64,000 nucleotides of DNA from an uncultured Bacteroidales bacterium (GCA_963771005.1 CAVYRO010000002.1:1550299-1614298); one strand, 5' to 3'. Shown: positions 40,014 through 49,328, numbered from the stretch's first letter. The notes: generated from the sequence alone by a model not told the origin. Numbers and translations: made by a program.

Positions 40014-40397
40014 ATGTTGGAAAAAAAGAAAGTTTTCGGTAGCTTTTCTGTTGACGATCTGCAGAGGGCGAAGACCTTTTATAACCAGACACTGGGCCTG
40101 GATGTAGAAGATCACATGAACGAAGGATGGTTGTACCTGAATACTTCAGGGGATAATCACATCATGGTTTATTCCAAACCCGATCATGCACCTGCAAAAT
40201 TCACAGTCCTTAATCTCCCTTGCGACAATATCGATACCACAGTCGATGAACTCCGGGGAAAAGGCATATCCTTCGAGCACTATGAAGGAGATATCAAGAC
40301 TGACGAAAGGGGTGTTCACCATTGGGACAACGGACCTGATATGGCCTGGTTCAAGGATCCTGCCGGGAATATCATCTCCGTCGGTACAGAAATGTAA
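40014..40397 (+). CDS. VOC (glyoxalase/bleomycin-resistance fold) family protein
   Basis: 127 aa. The F.V.D...A..FY...LG and F.DP.GN pattern is present. Confidence 0.7.
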   Translation: MLEKKKVFGSFSVDDLQRAKTFYNQTLGLDVEDHMNEGWLYLNTSGDNHIMVYSKPDHAPAKFTVLNLPCDNIDTTVDELRGKGISFEHYEGDIKTDERGVHHWDNGPDMAWFKDPAGNIISVGTEM

Positions 40398-40430
40398 TCC
40401 CGGACCCTTAAAGAATTCCTGATGGGCCGC

Positions 40431-40462
40431 CCTTATGGACAGGTCGCGACCTGTCCATAAGG
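40431..40462. repeat. perfect 32-nt palindrome containing ACAGGTCGCGACCTGT, at a convergent gene junction
   Basis: ccttatggacaggtcg|cgacctgtccataagg. Confidence 0.8.
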
Positions 40463-40488
40463 GACCCTTTGTTGACAATAGTACATCT

Positions 40489-40794
40489 TTATATTTCCAA
40501 CGATAATTTCAAATGTCCACCTAGTCCTTCGTTTATTATTCTCATCAACGTTGATAATCGAATATCACTTGCATTGTTTTCGATGCGCGAAATATAATTT
40601 TTTGTCGTACCAACTTTCTCCGCAAGTTGTTTTTGAGTCATGTGTTGTTTTTTTCTAGCTTCCTGAATCAGTACCCCGATTTTAAAAGCTTCAAATTCCT
40701 GCTCGTATTTCTTACGTGTTTGTGTCCCTGGATTGCCATATTTATTATCAAGATGGTCATCCCATGAAGTCAAATTGTTATTTAGTTTTTCCAT
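40489..40794 (-). CDS. higA: XRE-family HTH antitoxin (HigA-like)
   Basis: MTQKQLAEKVGTTKNYISRIENN is an HTH_3 motif. It overlaps the upstream toxin gene by 17 nt. Confidence 0.7.
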   Translation of the reverse strand: MEKLNNNLTSWDDHLDNKYGNPGTQTRKKYEQEFEAFKIGVLIQEARKKQHMTQKQLAEKVGTTKNYISRIENNASDIRLSTLMRIINEGLGGHLKLSLEI

Positions 40795-41125
40795 CGAAGT
40801 ATTCTTTTTTTAACCGTTCTGCCTTATCAATCTCTTTTTTAGGTGTCTTTTGTGTCTTTTTTTGAAAGCCACTCAGAAGAATTACGAGGTGTCCTTCGTC
40901 AAAGCAACAAAATACCCTGTAAATATTACTCCCAACCTGAGTCCTTATTTCCCAAATTCCATCCGTGTTGGTCAGATGATCAAAATAAATTTTTGGTACA
41001 ATCCTTAAGGAACGAACCAAACCAATGGTCCAATCAATTCTATCTTGAACCTTTTTTGGCTGTGCATAATAAAAGTCCCAAAAGTGATTTTTATAAACGC
41101 TAATCGTCCGTTTAAAATCCTCCAA
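40778..41125 (-). CDS. higB: RelE/ParE-superfamily toxin (HigB / Gp49-like)
   Basis: WEIRTQVGSNIYRVFCCFDEGHLVILLSGFQKKTQKTPKKEIDKAERL is typical of the Gp49/HigB family. The gene order is toxin first. Confidence 0.7.
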   Translation of the reverse strand: MEDFKRTISVYKNHFWDFYYAQPKKVQDRIDWTIGLVRSLRIVPKIYFDHLTNTDGIWEIRTQVGSNIYRVFCCFDEGHLVILLSGFQKKTQKTPKKEIDKAERLKKEYFDGKTK

Positions 41126-41257
41126 GTCCTGGTTAGTTACAAATTAAGTCATCAAAGTTACCTAATCAGACAACTGCATCCAAATCAATTTGATATTTTT
41201 TCAACTTTATGGTAGTCATTTTTGCCTTATTGCCAACGTGTGGACATAACCACCTAT

Positions 41258-42319
41258 CTACCGTCTGCCTGCTTCCCTCAACACAGCATTGAAATACATG
41301 GCAAATGACCGGTACAGGAAGTGGGTCCATTTTCCGAAGGGGACAATGATCAGTGCCCATTGGGCAAGGATAACCAGGTGTAGTATGTAAATCCAGGCAT
41401 GGTTGTTCAAAAGAGAAAAATCGATAAAAATCCTGACCACGACAGCCGATAGCCCCATCAACATCAGCCAGATCACGAAAAACCAGTCCGAAGGCCGGGA
41501 ATACCTGTTTACCTCCCTGTTTTTTCTTATCCTTGAAATGATAAAGTCCAAAGTGACCACGGAAACAATGATGCCTTCGGCATAACCCAATCTTATTATA
41601 AACCTGCTGCCCGTACCAAACCAATCCAGGGCCACGGTTGTAAAGAGCAGGGAAAGGTATCCGGCTACCAGCACCAGGTGTTTAAACCATCTGAAGGTGT
41701 TTTTTTCACAATCCAGGCTTCGTTTCTGCGTGAACATGTGCAGGAAAAGATCGCCTGCTCCTTTCAGGTAAGCTTTAAAAGGTATTTTAAATCCGGGTTT
41801 ACGCAACGTGAGATACCACATCCGGAAAAGATTGGGAAGAAGAACAAGTACAAATACTCCGGCTATTGCAAAAGCCTCGAATAGATGCCCATAGTGCAGG
41901 AGGCTTTCGATACGGAATTCCTGCAGGTAGCCAAAAAGCACCACCATGAATGCCACCAGGAGAAAGGCTGCAATCTGAAATGGTAATGAGCGGTACATCC
42001 AACCGGATAAACCCGTCCAATCGTACTTTGCGGTCAGCCATCTCCGGAGGGACATCATAAGTTCGCCCGGGTTGGCAGATTTCGGACATTGCTGGCTGCA
42101 TTCACCGCAATAATAGCAAAGCCAGGGCTTCAATGAGGAAGTGATTCCGTTCTCCAGGCCGAGTACACTGAAACGCACCATCTCTCGGGGAAACGAATCA
42201 TCCTCTGTGGACAAGGAGCAAACTGCAGTACAGTTACCGCAATTGTAACAGGCATTGAAATCGAATGCTCCGTATCTTCTCAGGTCTTTTGAAAAGCCAG
42301 GATTTATCTTCGTCATCAC
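41258..42319 (-). CDS. QmoC/HdrC-HdrE-like membrane subunit: two [4Fe-4S] motifs plus six TM helices with conserved His
   Basis: CYNCGNCTAVCS and CYYCGECSQQCP are CxxCxxCxxxC motifs. Six hydrophobic helices follow, containing His residues (HYGHLFEAF, FKHLVLV, ILHLVIL, WTHFLY). Confidence 0.6.
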   Translation of the reverse strand: MMTKINPGFSKDLRRYGAFDFNACYNCGNCTAVCSLSTEDDSFPREMVRFSVLGLENGITSSLKPWLCYYCGECSQQCPKSANPGELMMSLRRWLTAKYDWTGLSGWMYRSLPFQIAAFLLVAFMVVLFGYLQEFRIESLLHYGHLFEAFAIAGVFVLVLLPNLFRMWYLTLRKPGFKIPFKAYLKGAGDLFLHMFTQKRSLDCEKNTFRWFKHLVLVAGYLSLLFTTVALDWFGTGSRFIIRLGYAEGIIVSVVTLDFIISRIRKNREVNRYSRPSDWFFVIWLMLMGLSAVVVRIFIDFSLLNNHAWIYILHLVILAQWALIIVPFGKWTHFLYRSFAMYFNAVLREAGRR

Positions 42320-42594
42320 GCTTTGATTTTGTAGTAAAAATATTCGTCATCATCATCAATTTCTGCTGGTTCGACAAAACCGTATTTAAGCAATGACATC
42401 AGGTAAAACATCACATCGTAAGCGGGCATATCCAGTTTTTCAGCCAGTTGCGGAATGGTCATCTCCCCTTCTTTCATGGCATTCATAATGGATTTTTTAA
42501 TCCGGGTAAAAGTCTTAAGATTCTCCTTTACCCCAGGTGACACCTCACGCTTTTCTCTCAGATATTTTGCTGTTTTTCCTTTTTCGGCTTCCAT
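42316..42594 (-). CDS. small winged-helix-like protein with acidic tail
   Basis: 92 aa. MTIPQLAEKLDMPAYDVMFYLMSLLKYGFV is wHTH-like. Its start and stop overlap the neighbouring genes. Confidence 0.35.
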   Translation of the reverse strand: MEAEKGKTAKYLREKREVSPGVKENLKTFTRIKKSIMNAMKEGEMTIPQLAEKLDMPAYDVMFYLMSLLKYGFVEPAEIDDDDEYFYYKIKA

Positions 42595-42651
42595 AATATT
42601 TTAATATAGTTGTTCAGGTTCTGCAGGCTGTCTTCATACTGCCGGCAACGC

Positions 42652-44584
42652 TCAGTTTTTTGCCATCATATCAATCATGTTTTCAATCTCAGGATTTGAA
42701 TATGACGCGAGATTAATGGCATCTTCGGGACAAACAGGGAGGCACATTCCACAGCCTTTACAAACGGATGTGTTGATCATTGCTATATTCTTACCTTCAT
42801 CCTTTAGCTTGGAAATCACACCAAACGGACAGGCACCTGTACAGGCATCGCACCATGTACATTTATCTCTATCCACTTTGGCAACCACAGGTTCCATTTC
42901 CAACTGCCCTTTGCTGATGTACGACCATGATTTGGCGGCTGCAGAGAGCGCCGAGTTAACAGATTCCATCACATTTTTGGGCCCCTGGCAGGTTCCGGCG
43001 ATAGTGATCCCGTCGATAACTGTCTCCACCGGGCGGAGTTTCATGTGTATCTCATTGAAAAATTTATCGCGGCCCCTGGGAATTTTAAAAACCGAACCCA
43101 CTGAATTACCGGATCTCGGTACCATGCCGGTAACCAAGACGACCAGGTCAGCCGTCACCTCTATCTCTTTATGTCCTGTGAGAATATCGTTAACCCTTAC
43201 GATGGTTTCATCCCCTTCCCTGCTAACACGCGGAAGGTGCGTCTTCGTACGACTGCAGGTAAATATCCCCATTCCGGGAAGATTCCGTGTACAGAACCTC
43301 CTGTTTACCGTATGTCCTTATTCCGCGGTTAAAATGATAATTCTGAATATCACCGAACTTCTTCCTGGCATGAATTGCGGCATGGATGGTGGATGTGCAG
43401 CAATACCTGGAACAGTACTTATTTTCACCTTCCGGCTGACGGCTTCCGACACAATATATATAGACTATATTTTTTATATTTTTTCCCTGCCATACCAGAT
43501 TCTTATCATTTAATGCCACGAGACGCTTAAATTCAGGCAGGGTAAGAACATTGCCGATCTGCCGGTATCCAAACTCCCCTTCTTCCGGAGTATAGGGATC
43601 ATAACCGGTGGCAACGAGTACCGAACCGACATTGAGATGCATGGTTTCTTCCTTTTGAGACAGGTCAATATTTTCACAAACCTTCTCACATTCAGCGCAG
43701 CGGGTGCAATTCTCAATGTCGATAACCGGCAGGTGAGGAGATTCGCCAGGGTAATTATAGTAAATGGCTTTACGGGTGGTTCTATTAAAATTGAAGCTGT
43801 CTTTGACCTCAACAGGGCATCGTTCAATGGCTTTTTGCAGATCATCAGGATCACAATTTTCTTTAATATACCTGGGCCTTATGCTGACGGTCAGGTCAAA
43901 ATTTCCGATACTGCCGGACGTATTGACTACTTCGGCATTTGTGAGTATCTTAACGTTTTCACGTTGACTAAGCGTTTGGTACAAACGGGTAGCGAGGCTT
44001 TTTCCAGACTCATCGGAGATGAACAATACGTCCCACTGTGCGATCCTTCCACCGGTGAATGGTTCCCGTTCTACCAGGTAAACCTGGCAATTCATATTTG
44101 ACAGTTCAATGGCGGCACGCATGCCTGCCACCCCTCCGCCGATGACGGCAACAGCTTTTTTGGATGGGATTATTATGGGTTCAAGGGATTCGGCCAGCCT
44201 GACCCGGGCGATTGCGGCTTTGACTGTTTTGATGGCCTTTTCGGTTGCTCCCTCCTTATTGTCTGAATGCGCCCACGACACCTGCTCACGAATATTGGCA
44301 TGCACATAATTATACTTGTTCAACCCCCCTCTTTCAGTCACTGCCCTGAATGTCAAAAGATGAAGTTTGGGAGAACAGGATGCGACGATAATCCCGTCAA
44401 GGCCCTTTGTCCTGATATCTTCAACCATCTCCTTCTGATTGGAGTCGGCACAGGCAAACATGGTTGTTTTCGCAAGTTCGATATCCTCTTCTGAAGCAAC
44501 CGCTTCGCGCACCTTCTCCACATCCACATAATCAGATATATTGCCACCGCAATGACAGATATATACGCCTATCTTCTTTTTCAT
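42652..44584 (-). pseudogene. HdrA/QmoB-like FAD and FeS flavoprotein with C-terminal 2x[4Fe-4S] ferredoxin domain; frameshift in a G4/C4 run at 43267-43270
   Basis: The N-terminus is IGVYICHCGGNISDYVD and the FAD loop is VAVIGGGVAGMRAAIEL. ..ESSRNG|DIYLQ..* is continued in the next frame as GIFTCSRTKTHLPRVSREGDETIVRVNDILTG..ADLVVLVTGMVP. The end carries CTWCDACTGACP and CKGCGMCLPVCP. Confidence 0.7.
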
Positions 44585-45882
44585 GATCTCCGTGTTAGAT
44601 AACTTATCGTTTCAGAGGAAGCAGCTCCTGCGGAAAGTATTGAATCGGGAATATCCATTGGTCCTGATGCGGTTCCTGCCACGAAGACGCCCTGTATGCT
44701 TGTTTTTGCAGGGCTTCCGAGGATGTCTTCCTGTTGTATGAAATGCCAGGGATCCATTTTCATCACCTGACCGGGGAACATGGCTGCGGGTTCCTTGTTT
44801 GCCAACACACCTACAGACAGGATGACCATGTCATGTTCGGCTTCCTGTACTTTACCCTTATTGATATCCTCGTATCTCAATACCAGGTTTCCGTTTACCT
44901 TCCCGGTGATCTTCCCGATTTTCCCTTTCACAAATTCGACACCCATCCCTTTGGCTTGTTCATAAAATTCTTCGAAACCTTTGCCAAAGGATCTGATATT
45001 TAAGTAATAAATGGTTACATCAGCCATGGGGAGGGCGCCCATGATAAGCTGAGCCTGCTTAATGGAGTACATGCAGCAGATCTGGGAGCATACGGGGTTG
45101 CCAATTGTATCATCCCTGGAACCCGTGCACAATACATAAGCAATATTGTCAGGCATTTTACCGTCTCCGGGCCTCAGGATGGTGTTAAACGGCCTTGTTG
45201 GTGCCAGTTGCCGTTCCATCTGCATGGATGTGATGACGTTTTTGTAAAGGCCAAAACCATACCGGGGCATAAGCAAGGGGTCGAATAATTTAAACCCGGT
45301 AGCAATGACAACCGATTTCACTTTGACAAGATATTCCTCCGTTTCCTGGGTGAAATCGATACATCCCGCGGGGCAGGCTTTTTCGCAGGCTCCGCATAGT
45401 GTGCAGTTATCAATGTCGATGGCGGCCACCCGCGGGCTGGCTATACTGAAAGGAATATATGCCGCTTTCCGGCCTGTGAGCCCAAACTGGTACTGATCGG
45501 ATACACTAACCGGACAGGCTTCTTCGCAAAGCTGACATCCTGTACAATCTTCAACGACAACATACCTTGGCTGCCTGATTACGCTTGCTTCAAAATCATT
45601 CTCCCCAAGTTTTGCGACCTGTCCGACCTGGCTTCCGGTGAAAATAGTGATAGCCGGGTGCCTTGACATTTCAGAAACTTTGGGTGTGGTGATGCAAGCT
45701 GCGCAGTCAAGCGTAGGAAAAACCTTGCTTAACAGTATCATTTTACCGCCAACAGACAATTCCTTCTCAACTATAAGCACAGTATACCCGTTATTGGCCA
45801 GGTTTAAAGCAGCCTCACCACCGGCAATGCCTCCGCCAACGACCAGAACATCGAAAGAAGCATTCTTTATCTGTCCCTGCAT
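44581..45882 (-). CDS. HdrA/QmoA-like FAD-dependent oxidoreductase with ferredoxin insert
   Basis: VLVVGGGIAGGEAAL, FPTLDCAACITTPK, CTGCQLCEEACP, CTLCGACEKACP and FVAGTASGP. Confidence 0.7.
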   Translation of the reverse strand: MQGQIKNASFDVLVVGGGIAGGEAALNLANNGYTVLIVEKELSVGGKMILLSKVFPTLDCAACITTPKVSEMSRHPAITIFTGSQVGQVAKLGENDFEASVIRQPRYVVVEDCTGCQLCEEACPVSVSDQYQFGLTGRKAAYIPFSIASPRVAAIDIDNCTLCGACEKACPAGCIDFTQETEEYLVKVKSVVIATGFKLFDPLLMPRYGFGLYKNVITSMQMERQLAPTRPFNTILRPGDGKMPDNIAYVLCTGSRDDTIGNPVCSQICCMYSIKQAQLIMGALPMADVTIYYLNIRSFGKGFEEFYEQAKGMGVEFVKGKIGKITGKVNGNLVLRYEDINKGKVQEAEHDMVILSVGVLANKEPAAMFPGQVMKMDPWHFIQQEDILGSPAKTSIQGVFVAGTASGPMDIPDSILSAGAASSETISYLTRRS

Positions 45883-45884
45883 AA

Positions 45885-46286
45885 TTATGTAATTGAATTA
45901 GTAACCAAATATTCATTAAACGATCTAACATGTCTTACAAACGCTTCGCTGCATACCGAACATAAAGCAGCCATCTTCAGCCGGGCGGGATCGAGGTTCT
46001 TTTCTTTCATCATCTCCTGGGTACGCCTGACAAGTTCCCCGGTCTTTGCCGTGCAGCTCTCGCCGTAGGGACAATCACTTCCGTCGGCGGCGATAAACAC
46101 TCCGTCGAAACCCTGCTCGTATGCATGCAGGATCCACCGGGGCTTCACTCCGCTTGAGCAGGGAACGGTAATCGTGTATACTGTCGGAGGATAATGCAAT
46201 TTGAGTAATCCCGCCATGTCGATGGCGGGATCAGAGATCTTCTCAGTGGAAAAGACAAGTATCCTGGCACTCTTTTTTGCTTCCAA
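45885..46286 (-). CDS. MvhD/FlpD-like (methyl-viologen-reducing hydrogenase delta subunit family) protein
   Basis: ILVFSTE......TVPCSSGVKPRWILHAYEQGFDGVFIAADGSDCPY is the hallmark MvhD pattern. Confidence 0.7.
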   Translation of the reverse strand: MEAKKSARILVFSTEKISDPAIDMAGLLKLHYPPTVYTITVPCSSGVKPRWILHAYEQGFDGVFIAADGSDCPYGESCTAKTGELVRRTQEMMKEKNLDPARLKMAALCSVCSEAFVRHVRSFNEYLVTNSIT

Positions 46287-46294
46287 AGTCCTGT

Positions 46295-46543
46295 TTATTT
46301 TTTCATCATAACCTTGAAATAGCCGCTCTCTTCAATCGTGCCAAGGTATTCGTAACCCTTCTTGTTGCACCATTTCGGGATATCCACTTTGGTACCTTCA
46401 TCGGCTGACAGGACCTCCATAATTTCTCCTGTATTGATTGTGCCGATAGCTTTCTTTGCTTCCAAAAGCGGTCCGGGACATGCTGTGCCCCTGGCGTCGA
46501 CACTTTTGGTAATGGTTAGATTTTTTAATTCTTCCGTTGTCAT
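46295..46543 (-). CDS. tusA: TusA/SirA-family sulfur carrier
   Basis: DARGTACPGPLLEAKKAI is the CPxP active-site motif. The protein is 82 aa. Confidence 0.8.
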   Translation of the reverse strand: MTTEELKNLTITKSVDARGTACPGPLLEAKKAIGTINTGEIMEVLSADEGTKVDIPKWCNKKGYEYLGTIEESGYFKVMMKK

Positions 46544-46586
46544 AACTTTAAATTTTTATGATTTGTACTTACTTTATGCGGGCCGG

Positions 46587-47165
46587 TCAAATAAATAACT
46601 GGGCTCTGCTTTCCCCGGCATCAATTACAAAAGTCGCGGCTCCGGCAAACCGCAGATGAGGATAATCGATCAGTTCCTCCTTTTTGAAGCCCATCAGGTT
46701 CATCGACATCTCACATACCGTGATCTCGATACCCAGCCCGGCGGCCTGTGTGAACATCTCGTCAAGGCAGAGCACACCTTGTTTTTTCATTAAGGATTTG
46801 ATCATAACCGGGCCCATTCCTGCCATGTTGAGCTTTGAAAGTTTCAACTTGTTCCTTCCGTTGGGCAGCATCATACCGAACATCTTCGACATAATATTTT
46901 TCCCTCCGGCTTTCTTAACCGGATCGCGCAATGCTGAAAGCGACCAGAAAGAAAAGAACAATTTAACTTCCGTATCCATAGCGGCTGCAGCCAGGGCGAT
47001 GATCATGGCGGCAAGGATCCTGTCCATATCGCCTGAAACGATTGCAATCGATAACTGATCTTTATTCCGGTTTTCCAGTCCGGCCATACGGCTTTTCAGT
47101 TGATCGACCTGTGCCTCCAACTGCTCTACCTGTTTTTCCAAAGCCAGTTCGAAAATATTTTCCAC
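46587..47165 (-). CDS. DsrE/DsrF/DrsH-like family protein with N-terminal coiled coil
   Basis: LSIAIVSGDMDRILAAMIIALAAAAMDTEVKLFFSFWSL...ITVCEMSMNLMG matches the DsrE2/DrsE_2-type pattern I recall. Confidence 0.6.
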   Translation of the reverse strand: MENIFELALEKQVEQLEAQVDQLKSRMAGLENRNKDQLSIAIVSGDMDRILAAMIIALAAAAMDTEVKLFFSFWSLSALRDPVKKAGGKNIMSKMFGMMLPNGRNKLKLSKLNMAGMGPVMIKSLMKKQGVLCLDEMFTQAAGLGIEITVCEMSMNLMGFKKEELIDYPHLRFAGAATFVIDAGESRAQLFI

Positions 47166-47214
47166 TTTGATTGAGGTTTTGAAGCCAGGGCAAATCGCCG
47201 GCTGGCTATAAATA

Positions 47215-47583
47215 CTAATAATTGACTACGTTGGTGGCGGACAGAACTTCTGTCACAACGGTACCGGCAGCAATAAGCTGGGAGCCTTCCACGAGCTGTT
47301 CATTCCCAATATTCCTTTCCTTAATACAGGGGGAACAAAGAAGCAGTTTGCCCCCAAGTTCCACATAGGTATTGAGTAACTCTTTCAATGGTAGAAGACC
47401 CTTGGCTTTCACGTTTTCTGCCTCACCTTTTTTTGCGATCAGTACGGCATCGGACTGAAGGATCATTACTACTTCAACATCCATTGACTGGGCAGCAGTT
47501 GCCAGCACGAAAGGAAGAGTGGCTTTTTCCGGGCTGTCAGGGCCCACTGTACTGATGATTACAATTTTTTCATTTGTTTCCAT
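47215..47583 (-). CDS. DsrE-family sulfur-relay protein
   Basis: 122 aa. IVIISTVGPDSPEKATLPFVLA...LLLCSPCIKERNI. Confidence 0.65.
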   Translation of the reverse strand: METNEKIVIISTVGPDSPEKATLPFVLATAAQSMDVEVVMILQSDAVLIAKKGEAENVKAKGLLPLKELLNTYVELGGKLLLCSPCIKERNIGNEQLVEGSQLIAAGTVVTEVLSATNVVNY

Positions 47584-47591
47584 AGCGGTTA

Positions 47592-47609
47592 TTGTTAAAT
47601 TTTTAACAA
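47592..47609. promoter_or_regulatory. palindromic operator candidate TTGTTAAA-TT-TTTAACAA, 9 nt upstream of the DsrE start
   Basis: Perfect 8-bp arms were read directly. Confidence 0.4.
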
Positions 47610-47668
47610 AGTTGAGGAAAAGGAATAAGAAGAGTTATGAAATCAATGCGACATTAATTGGTTACTTT

Positions 47669-47684
47669 TGTGATATATATCACA
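47669..47684. promoter_or_regulatory. perfect CRP/FNR-type box TGTGA-N6-TCACA in the divergent intergenic region
   Basis: tgtgatatatatcaca lies 14 nt upstream of the Crp/Fnr gene ATG and about 86-100 nt upstream of the DsrE operon start. Confidence 0.55.
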
Positions 47685-47697
47685 TAAAAATACGGGC

Positions 47698-48375
47698 ATG
47701 AATAATATATGTATCGATTGTGATTTCAAGTCGAAAGCAACAATTAATCTGGATGAGAATGAGAAGGAATTGTTATCCTGCAACCATGTTATGCTGAGTT
47801 TCCGGAAAGGAGAAACGGTGATCAGACAGGGGCATTTTTCATCCAATATTACCTATTTAAGAAAAGGATTGGCCAAGATCCACATGAAAGGTCCATATTA
47901 CGAACAGATCATAAAGATTGTCAAAGCACCACGATATCTTGGATTGCCTACCACTTTCGGCGACAAGGTCAACCAATATTCCGTAACCGTAATCGAGGAT
48001 GCAGAAATATGTTTTATCGATAATTCAACTTTCCGCGAATTATTGAGTAGCAATATTAATTTCACCCATGAGATCATTTTCAATCTTTGCCGTTACGAAC
48101 TTGATTCATTCCACAAGTGTGCCAACCGGACGCAGAAACAGACGCGCGGTAACATCGCGGATGTCCTGATTGATTTTGCCGATAATTTTTATAATTCGGA
48201 TGTATTTAATCTTCCTCTTAACAGGGACGAGATCGGCAACCTTGTCGACACCAGCCGGGAGAGTGTGAGCCGCGTGTTAACCGAGTTTAATATAGACGGC
48301 ATCATTCGTCTCACCGGTAAAAAAGTTGAGATCCTGAACAAAAGGTCCCTGCAATTGATAAGCGCCAACGGCTAG
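47698..48375 (+). CDS. Crp/Fnr-family transcriptional regulator with N-terminal Cys cluster
   Basis: A cNMP-binding-like beta-roll is followed by the C-terminal HTH (RDEIGNLVDTSRESVSRVLTEF). N-terminal Cys residues lie in CIDCDF...SC. Confidence 0.8.
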   Translation: MNNICIDCDFKSKATINLDENEKELLSCNHVMLSFRKGETVIRQGHFSSNITYLRKGLAKIHMKGPYYEQIIKIVKAPRYLGLPTTFGDKVNQYSVTVIEDAEICFIDNSTFRELLSSNINFTHEIIFNLCRYELDSFHKCANRTQKQTRGNIADVLIDFADNFYNSDVFNLPLNRDEIGNLVDTSRESVSRVLTEFNIDGIIRLTGKKVEILNKRSLQLISANG

Positions 48376-48390
48376 GCCGCATTTTTTCTT

Positions 48391-48415
48391 CCCTTCGACT
48401 GCGTTAAGGAACCGG
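48391..48415. repeat. degenerate solo terminal repeat of the hairpin element
   Basis: cccttcgactgcgttaaggaaccgg compared with cccttcgacttcgctcagggaccgg. Confidence 0.45.
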
Positions 48416-48510
48416 AATCCTCAAACCTGAAGCAAACTTATTTCTATCTGTGTTGATCTGTGTAAATCCATGGTGAAACTCTAACCGGATATCTTCCTCA
48501 CTTAATTAGT

Positions 48511-48760
48511 GTCTGCAAGAAAACTCGACAACCCTTCGACTTCGCTCAGGGACCGGCGACTTCATTCAAGAGGGTGAACTTTTCGGATGGTGGTAAGGCA
48601 GGCAAAAGGCCCCTATGTATAAATTTAAAATTCAGTGACTTGCGCAAGAAGGGCCTTTTGCCTGCCTTACCACCATCCGAAAAGTTCTTCGTTCATCGAA
48701 TTGACCGGTCCCTGAGCGGAGCCGAAGGGTCATCGAGTTTTCTTTCTGATACTAATTAAG
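48511..48760. mobile_element. MITE-like hairpin element, copy 2 (250 bp, about 55-bp TIRs)
   Basis: The left end is cttaattagtgtctgcaagaaaactcgacaacccttcgacttcgctcagggaccgg. The reverse complement of the right end is cttaattagtatcagaaagaaaactcgatgacccttcggctccgctcagggaccgg. The internal sequence is collinear with copy 1. Confidence 0.7.
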
Positions 48761-48832
48761 ACTTTTTTAACATCCTCCCCTCCGCTTTCCCCTTAACTTA
48801 CAGAGATATGTATTGTTTATGAATAAAAAAGT

Positions 48833-49315
48833 ATGCGGAAAATCCTTTTTACATTTCTTTTCCTTATCACTGGAAGTATTTTTCTTTCGGCCCAGGAGAT
48901 TGAAAGAATTGACGCCGCACAGCTTCAGAAACTGACTGAGGTCAAAGATAACAGGCTGCACGTCGTGAATTTCTGGGCCACCTGGTGCAGTCCTTGCGTA
49001 AAGGAAATTCCGGGATTTAAAAAAGCATCGGAAGCATACCCGGCCGACAAGGTTGATTTTCTTTTTGTCAGTCTGGATTTTCCTTCCACTGCCGAAAAGA
49101 ACCTGGTTCCTTTCATAAAGGATCATAATTTGAATTCACGCGTAGTGCTCATGACCGGTCAGAATGCAGATTCCTGGATCCGGATGATCGACAGGGACTG
49201 GCAGGGAGATATACCGGCTACTCTGATTTACCGCACCTCGGACGACCTAAGGGTTTTCCATGCCGGGGAACTCAACTATGATGAGCTGAAAAACATGATC
49301 AATAATCATTTATAA
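48833..49315 (+). CDS. TlpA-family thiol:disulfide oxidoreductase (thioredoxin fold)
   Basis: Signal peptide, then VVNFWATWCSPCVKEIP (the WCxxC motif). Confidence 0.8.
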   Translation: MRKILFTFLFLITGSIFLSAQEIERIDAAQLQKLTEVKDNRLHVVNFWATWCSPCVKEIPGFKKASEAYPADKVDFLFVSLDFPSTAEKNLVPFIKDHNLNSRVVLMTGQNADSWIRMIDRDWQGDIPATLIYRTSDDLRVFHAGELNYDELKNMINNHL

Positions 49316-49328
49316 AAACCACAATACC

